Origin: an uncultured Pirellulales bacterium
GTDB lineage: Bacteria > Planctomycetota > Planctomycetia > Pirellulales > S012-138
DNA length: 64,000 nucleotides
NCBI GenBank assembly: GCA_964511065.1
Contig: CAZEEG010000002.1
Span: 41,960 to 105,959 of the forward strand
Direction of reading: 5' to 3'
This document shows positions 58,757 to 64,000 of this stretch, piece after piece. The notes beneath the pieces are model-generated. The model made no database searches and was not told the origin of the DNA. It saw only the letters and a program-made list of their open reading frames with translations. A program made the position numbers and the translations under genes. Numbering within the stretch: position 1 is the stretch's first letter; every line of letters begins with the position of its first letter.

Positions 58757-60262
58757 ATGCGTCTATCGTTTGGCCAGGAAATCGTTCAGCGAGCCGAGCA
58801 GAAGCTCGTGCTTTCGCCCAACCTGATCCTCTCGATGAAGATCTTGCAGCTCCCGTTGGTGGAATTGCAGGAACATATCGAGCAGGAACTGCAGGAAAAC
58901 GCCGTCCTTGAGCTCAGGGAGCGCGATCCTGACCTACCCGATGAGCCCGAGGAGCGTGAAACCGACGAGCGGACCCCCGAAGAGCGGGAGTTGGTGGTCG
59001 ACGAAACCAACGACAATGCCGACGACTTCGAGCGTTTGCTGAATCTTAACGAGGACTTTCCCGACCATTTCGACGAACGTCCTCGCATGTCCAGTTCGAG
59101 GTTGGAAGAAGCCGCCGAGCGCCAGCACGACGTGATGGCGAATATGGAATCGCGGCCGGCCACGCTGCAGGACTACCTGCAAGACCAGCTTCGCTATTTC
59201 GATCTCGATTCGTCCGTGCGCCAGATGGCGATCCGCATTATTTACGCCCTCGACACCAATGGCCGGCTGAGTACGCCGCTCGCCGACCTGATCGATCCGG
59301 GCGGAGGCGACGCTCAACTGACGATGGCCGAAACAGCCTTGGGTATCGTGCAAAGGCTCGATCCGCCAGGGATTGCCGCCCGCGACTTGCGCGAGTGCCT
59401 GTTGCTGCAGTTGTCGCCGACGATGCCGTATTACGAAGAACTGCGGACCATCATCAGCGACCACTTGCACGACGTGGAACGCAACCAGTGGAAGAACATC
59501 CAGCGCCGCACTGGCTACACGATTGATACCATCGACGCGGCCCTGAAGGAGTTACGGCGACTCAATCCCAAGCCCGGCTCCGATTTCACCTCCACGCATG
59601 CCCCCACGGTTACTCCCGATGTGTTCGTGGAGCGCGATGAATCGGGCAAGTACGTGGTCCGGCTCGAAGAAGGCAACATCCCGCAACTCTACATCAGCCC
59701 TTACTATCGGAAGATGCTGATGCGGGGCGATGCCAGCCCGGAAGCCAAAGAATACATCAAGAAAAAGATCAGCTCCGCGCAGTGGCTGATCGACTCGATC
59801 GAGCAGCGGCGGAACACCGTGCGGAAGGTGGCCCAGGCGATTGTGGACCATCAGACGGCGTTTCTGGACAAGGGACCGGAGTTCATCGAACCGCTGAAGA
59901 TGGAGCAGATTGCCGAGAAGGTGGGCGTTCACCTGACCACGGTCAGCCGTGCCGTGGACGACAAGTGGATTCAAACGCCGCGAGGCATCTTTCCGCTCAA
60001 ACGATTCTTCGGCGGCGGCACCAAGGGGCCCGACGGCGAAGAAGTGGCCTGGGAAGTGGTGCGGTTGAAGCTTCAGCACATCATTGACCACGAGGACAAG
60101 ACCAAGCCTTACAGCGACGATGAGTTGGTCGAGGAATTGGCCAAGCACGATATCAAGGTGGCGCGGCGAACGGTCACCAAGTATCGCAAAGAAATGAACA
60201 TCCCCAGTTCGCGCCAGCGCCGCGATTGGGCGCAGATCGCCGAGAAAAACGGCGACGGCTAA
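58757..60262 (+). CDS. rpoN: RNA polymerase sigma-54 factor
   Basis: MKILQLPLVELQEHIEQEL region I; DPPGIAARDLRECLLLQ; HLTTVSRA HTH; RpoN box ARRTVTKYR. Confidence 0.97.
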   Translation: MRLSFGQEIVQRAEQKLVLSPNLILSMKILQLPLVELQEHIEQELQENAVLELRERDPDLPDEPEERETDERTPEERELVVDETNDNADDFERLLNLNEDFPDHFDERPRMSSSRLEEAAERQHDVMANMESRPATLQDYLQDQLRYFDLDSSVRQMAIRIIYALDTNGRLSTPLADLIDPGGGDAQLTMAETALGIVQRLDPPGIAARDLRECLLLQLSPTMPYYEELRTIISDHLHDVERNQWKNIQRRTGYTIDTIDAALKELRRLNPKPGSDFTSTHAPTVTPDVFVERDESGKYVVRLEEGNIPQLYISPYYRKMLMRGDASPEAKEYIKKKISSAQWLIDSIEQRRNTVRKVAQAIVDHQTAFLDKGPEFIEPLKMEQIAEKVGVHLTTVSRAVDDKWIQTPRGIFPLKRFFGGGTKGPDGEEVAWEVVRLKLQHIIDHEDKTKPYSDDELVEELAKHDIKVARRTVTKYRKEMNIPSSRQRRDWAQIAEKNGDG

Positions 60263-60296
60263 TCTTAATGCTCCTTGCAACCAAGGTATTCTTCCA

Positions 60297-60328
60297 GTGC
60301 GCCCCCTTGCGGCGCGCTTTTTCTTTTG
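60297..60328 (+). terminator. Probable intrinsic terminator after rpoN
   Basis: GTGCGCC-CCTTGC-GGCGCGC hairpin followed by TTTTTCTTTT. Confidence 0.6.
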
Positions 60329-60383
60329 GCGCGTTTTTGATTCTGGTGCTGCGCGCCTAGGATCAGTTCTACCGGCCGCACCA

Positions 60384-60399
60384 TGGCATGTCATTTGCG
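60384..60399 (+). promoter_or_regulatory. Candidate sigma54 -24/-12 element
   Basis: TGGCATGTCATTTGCG (GG-N10-GC), about 530 bp upstream of the beta-barrel gene. Confidence 0.45.
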
Positions 60400-60932
60400 C
60401 GATCGGGGCCGGTTCTACCGGCTGATGGAAAGCCCGGGAAACCGCATTCGCTAGCGCCCTGCACAGCAATTCGAAAAGTGGTTCTCGCCCGGCCATCGCC
60501 GTACCGACGGCGTGCCAATTCACCGGCAATCGCTACGCGCTGCCCTGATAAGCCGGGCAAACTTTACCGGTACTGCGGCATCTGCCAGCCGGGCAAAGAA
60601 TGATCGGCGTGCCGAAATTCCTGGTTCTGCCCATTGTTCCCTGGCGATTGGATGGATGAGAAAAGCCGCATGCGGGGACCTACCCTATTGGGGAATCCCT
60701 GCACGGCAGACTGGCCCCCAACCGCCAGCAAGCAGCATGCAAAGTTTCGGCGGCGGGCGTCCCTTGGGCGCTCGCACACCGGGGGCACAGTCGACTTTAG
60801 GAATTGCACGATCGGGAACGCCGGGCCGCGGCGAACGATTGGCCGGTCCCATGGGGGGGAGTAAGCACCACCGGCCCAAGCCGCATGGAGTACGTCCGGT
60901 TGGCTTGAGTTCATCTGGAGGGTCACGTGACG

Positions 60933-62180
60933 ATGAAGTCGGTATGGGGCATGGCGGCCGGTTTGGCCATGGTCTTAGGCGGCGCGACGACCGCCGCCGC
61001 TCAATCCGCAGGGTATCCAGTCCAACACGCCGGAGGATTTCAAACCAGCGTCTCGGGATATCAACCGGTGATGCCGGCGGTGTATTACAATAGCGGCCCC
61101 GAGTTTGCCGACCCAGCTACCTATTATGCCGCCCGGTTAAGCGACCACGCGCCCGCGGCCCCGGGTGCCCTGCGGGGTTACCACGCCCTGGCCGATGCCG
61201 GCAGTGACCACCTCGGCTGCGAGAATTGCGGCCATGAAGGTTGCCACAGTTGCCGGGGGCCTTGCCTGTTCAACCCGCTGTTGCTGCTGGGCTGCGGATG
61301 GCGGGTGCGCGGCGAGGGGGTGATTCTGCACCGCACGGTGGCCGGCAACGTCGTCTATGCGGTCAACGACACGACCGGCGGTACGGCGCTAGCCAATGAC
61401 AACCTCGATTTCGATTACGAGTGGGGGTTCCGCGTGGCCGCCGAGCGGCGGATTTGCTGCGACCACAGCATCGAAGCGAGCTACTTCGGCCAGTTCTATT
61501 GGGACGACATTGCTGCCGCCACGAGCGCTACCAACTCGCTCCAGTCCCCCTACACGTTCGGTGGCGGTCCCCTGCTGGGCTTCACCGATGCCTTCCTGCA
61601 AACGCTGGAATATCAGACGGAATTGCAAAGCGCCGAACTGAACTACTGGATCCCATTAAATTGGCATTGGTTGGGCAGTTGGAAAGTCTCCACTGCTTGG
61701 GGCGCCCGTTGGGTGAAAGTCTCGGAAGAACTGACCCATGCCTCGTTCGCTGCCAACGGGGCTGGCGTAAGTTTCATCGACACCGATAACGACCTCGTCG
61801 GCGGCCACTTCGGCTGGCTGGTTTCCGTCCCGCTCAACTGCAACTGGCAATTCCGCTGGGGCGGCCGGGCAGGCATCTTCGGCAACATCGGTCGCCAGAG
61901 CACCAATGTCGTCACGATTGACGATACCGGCGCCACCACATTTGCGTTCAGCGATTCCGCCCGCCGCGGCGATGCGGCTTTCGTAGGCGGAATGGAAGCC
62001 CAGATCGCCTACCGCCTCAATTGCGGCTGGTCGATCTACGCCGGGACCGAACTGCTTTGGGTGGAAGGCATCGCCCTGGCCGCCGAACAGTTCACCCCGG
62101 AACTCACCGAAAACCGGATCAACGACAACGGCCTGGCCTACTACCAGGGCTTCCATTTCGGCGTGGAAGCCACCTGGTAG
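60933..62180 (+). CDS. Outer-membrane beta-barrel protein (Planctomycete BBP7-like)
   Basis: Signal peptide, Cys-rich CENCGHEGCHSC stretch, amphipathic strands, DNDLVGGHFG, C-terminal GFHFGVEATW. Confidence 0.78.
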   Translation: MKSVWGMAAGLAMVLGGATTAAAQSAGYPVQHAGGFQTSVSGYQPVMPAVYYNSGPEFADPATYYAARLSDHAPAAPGALRGYHALADAGSDHLGCENCGHEGCHSCRGPCLFNPLLLLGCGWRVRGEGVILHRTVAGNVVYAVNDTTGGTALANDNLDFDYEWGFRVAAERRICCDHSIEASYFGQFYWDDIAAATSATNSLQSPYTFGGGPLLGFTDAFLQTLEYQTELQSAELNYWIPLNWHWLGSWKVSTAWGARWVKVSEELTHASFAANGAGVSFIDTDNDLVGGHFGWLVSVPLNCNWQFRWGGRAGIFGNIGRQSTNVVTIDDTGATTFAFSDSARRGDAAFVGGMEAQIAYRLNCGWSIYAGTELLWVEGIALAAEQFTPELTENRINDNGLAYYQGFHFGVEATW

Positions 62181-62707
62181 AGCTTGCTGCCGCCGTTGGC
62201 AGAATCAGTGGGTTTGTACGTGACCCCCGCAAGGCAGGCGCGGCCGATCCGTTCGGCCGCGCCTGTTGATTTGCGCCGTGTGCGCTTCGCGCGCCACCAG
62301 CCGCAGCATGGAGTAGGCCTGTGGGGGAGAAGCCGCCGCGATCTCTGCGGGTTTCGCAGGCCGCGTCGCTGGGGGTACTCCAGCCGCGCGCTCCAGCGAC
62401 CGGATTGCGCTCGATTGACACTGTTACGACACAGTCAAAGTCAAACATCGCGACGGCCTCGGGCGACCGCCCCCCCAGCGCTTCTATGCTCCGACCGGGG
62501 GGCATCGGGTTAAGCCGCTCCGCCACCAGCAAAGTAAAACTGCCAACGGTGCATTCGGCCGCCGGATCAGCCATACTGAGCGCCCAGCAGCGGCGGCCGA
62601 TCCACTCCCGGCTTGTGCCGCCGGTAAACTCGCGGCGCTAGACACCTGTCGCCGTGCATGGCGTTTGCAGCACCGGGCATGCTCTGACCCGAGGGGAGTT
62701 CGCTAAC

Positions 62708-63646
62708 GTGTTGGCCGCCGATCTTGCCGCCATTCGCCAGGCCGCCGAGCGCATTGCACTTTATGCGCACCGCACGCCCGTTGTCACCTCGCAGTACTTC
62801 AACCGGGTGACCGGCGGGCAGATTTTTTTCAAGTGCGAGAACCTGCAAAAGGCCGGCGCATTCAAGTTTCGCGGGGCCTGCAATGCCGTCTTCTCGTTGC
62901 CTGAGGAACAGGCCGCCTTGGGCGTGGCCACGCATTCATCCGGCAATCATGCCCAGGCTTTGGCGCTTGCCGCGCACCTTCGTGGAATCCCGGCCTGGAT
63001 TGTCATGCCGGAGAACGCCCCGGCCGTCAAACGGGCGGCCGTCGAGGAATACGGCGGGCAGGTCATACCGTGCGCCCCGACGCAAGAGGCCCGGGAAGCA
63101 ACCGCGGCCCGGGTCGTCGCAGAAACCGGCGCTGCGTTCATTCATCCTTATAACGACGCCCGCATCATCGCCGGCCAGGGCACCGCCGCGCTGGAACTGC
63201 TGGAGGAAGTGCCGGCGCTCGACATCATTCTGGCTCCGGTCGGCGGGGGCGGTCTGTTGAGCGGCACGGCACTGGCTGCCGCGGAACTTTCGCCTCAAAC
63301 CACCGTCATTGCCGGTGAACCGGCGGGGGCCGACGACGCCGTCCGTTCGCTGGCCGCCGGCCAGATTGTGCCGTGCGAACACCCCGATACCGTGGCCGAT
63401 GGCCTGCGTACTTCGCTGGGCGAGCTGACATTTGCCGTAATCCGCCGGCACGTGCGCACCATAGTTACCGTAAGCGACGATGAAATCATCGCGGCCATGA
63501 AGACATTCTGGCAGCGCACCAAGCTGTTGATCGAACCCTCGGCCGCCGTGCCGTTGGCTGCCGCGCTCTCGCCGCGCGTCGAGACAGAAAGCCGCCGCGT
63601 CGGGATCATCCTCAGCGGCGGCAACGTGGACCCGACCGCCTTTTGA
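62708..63646 (+). CDS. PLP-dependent threonine/serine dehydratase (serine racemase-like)
   Basis: KCENLQKAGAFKFRGA; HSSGNHAQA; PVGGGGL; EPSAA; SGGNVD. Confidence 0.92.
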   Translation: MLAADLAAIRQAAERIALYAHRTPVVTSQYFNRVTGGQIFFKCENLQKAGAFKFRGACNAVFSLPEEQAALGVATHSSGNHAQALALAAHLRGIPAWIVMPENAPAVKRAAVEEYGGQVIPCAPTQEAREATAARVVAETGAAFIHPYNDARIIAGQGTAALELLEEVPALDIILAPVGGGGLLSGTALAAAELSPQTTVIAGEPAGADDAVRSLAAGQIVPCEHPDTVADGLRTSLGELTFAVIRRHVRTIVTVSDDEIIAAMKTFWQRTKLLIEPSAAVPLAAALSPRVETESRRVGIILSGGNVDPTAF

Positions 63647-63821
63647 CCTCTACCAGCGCACGTGACTTGCGCAGCCATGAACATCCCGGCTGGGGGGTCG
63701 ATCGCCATCCGCCACCCCCCAGGCGCGGCCGGTGCCGTGACTGGACGCCGCCAGTCAGACATCGGCACCTGCCAAATTGGCAGCTTTCCGACGTGTTGAC
63801 AGCACCCACGAAAGATCCACG

Positions 63822-63879
63822 TAAGTTACTATAAAACAATAACTTAGGAACAACCAAGTCACAAGGCACGAAAATTGCT
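63822..63879 (+). promoter_or_regulatory. Sigma54 promoter with upstream IHF-like site, for a gene starting beyond the window edge
   Basis: AGGCACGAAAATTGCT (63864-63879); AAACAATAACTTA about one mismatch from WATCAANNNNTTR, within TAAGTTA-N11-TAACTTA; GGAGGGG RBS near 63984. Confidence 0.7.
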
Positions 63880-64000
63880 CAGTTGACGGACACCTCGCAA
63901 TACGTGTGAAGAACGGCAGACGCGGCCAAAGCGTCCGCTGCCGGTTCTTGGGAACAAAACGGGTTTTCATCCTCATCTACCCTGGAGGGGAAGACGAACA

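Overview
GC-rich chromosomal segment whose gene content points to a Planctomycete, probably Pirellulales-like (DUF1501, DUF2617, PQQ-type beta-propeller, BBP7-type barrel, stand-alone RNAP alpha-CTD); this is inferred from remembered family motifs, with no database search. It holds about 40 CDSs, mostly housekeeping or Planctomycete-typical: ffs(SRP RNA)-dnaX-ybaB-recR-rpoN, lysA, imuA-imuB, RluA, Maf, a cyclophilin, peptidases and an NtrC-type regulator. The main accessory element is a ~14 kb lipopeptide-type NRPS locus (17069-31074): MacB/FtsX permease; FAAL-T fused to a FOXRED2-like flavoprotein; C-A-T-E; C-(vestigial A)-T-TE. It is unusual because the only complete amino-acid A domain has Arg in place of the catalytic A10 Lys, the last module has lost its A-domain core, and a docking-like helix is buried inside the FAAL-T-flavoprotein fusion. 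Other signals: an A9 run in dnaX with an immediate -1 stop (tau/gamma recoding), sigma54 -24/-12 boxes including one just upstream of rpoN, overlapping palindromes on the imuAB promoter, a non-GNRA SRP loop, an orphan pair of 32-bp direct repeats, and a secreted Cys-rich/RcpC/secretin-N mosaic protein. No rRNA, tRNA, transposase, integrase or cas gene was recognised. Start codons were chosen by eye and may be off.
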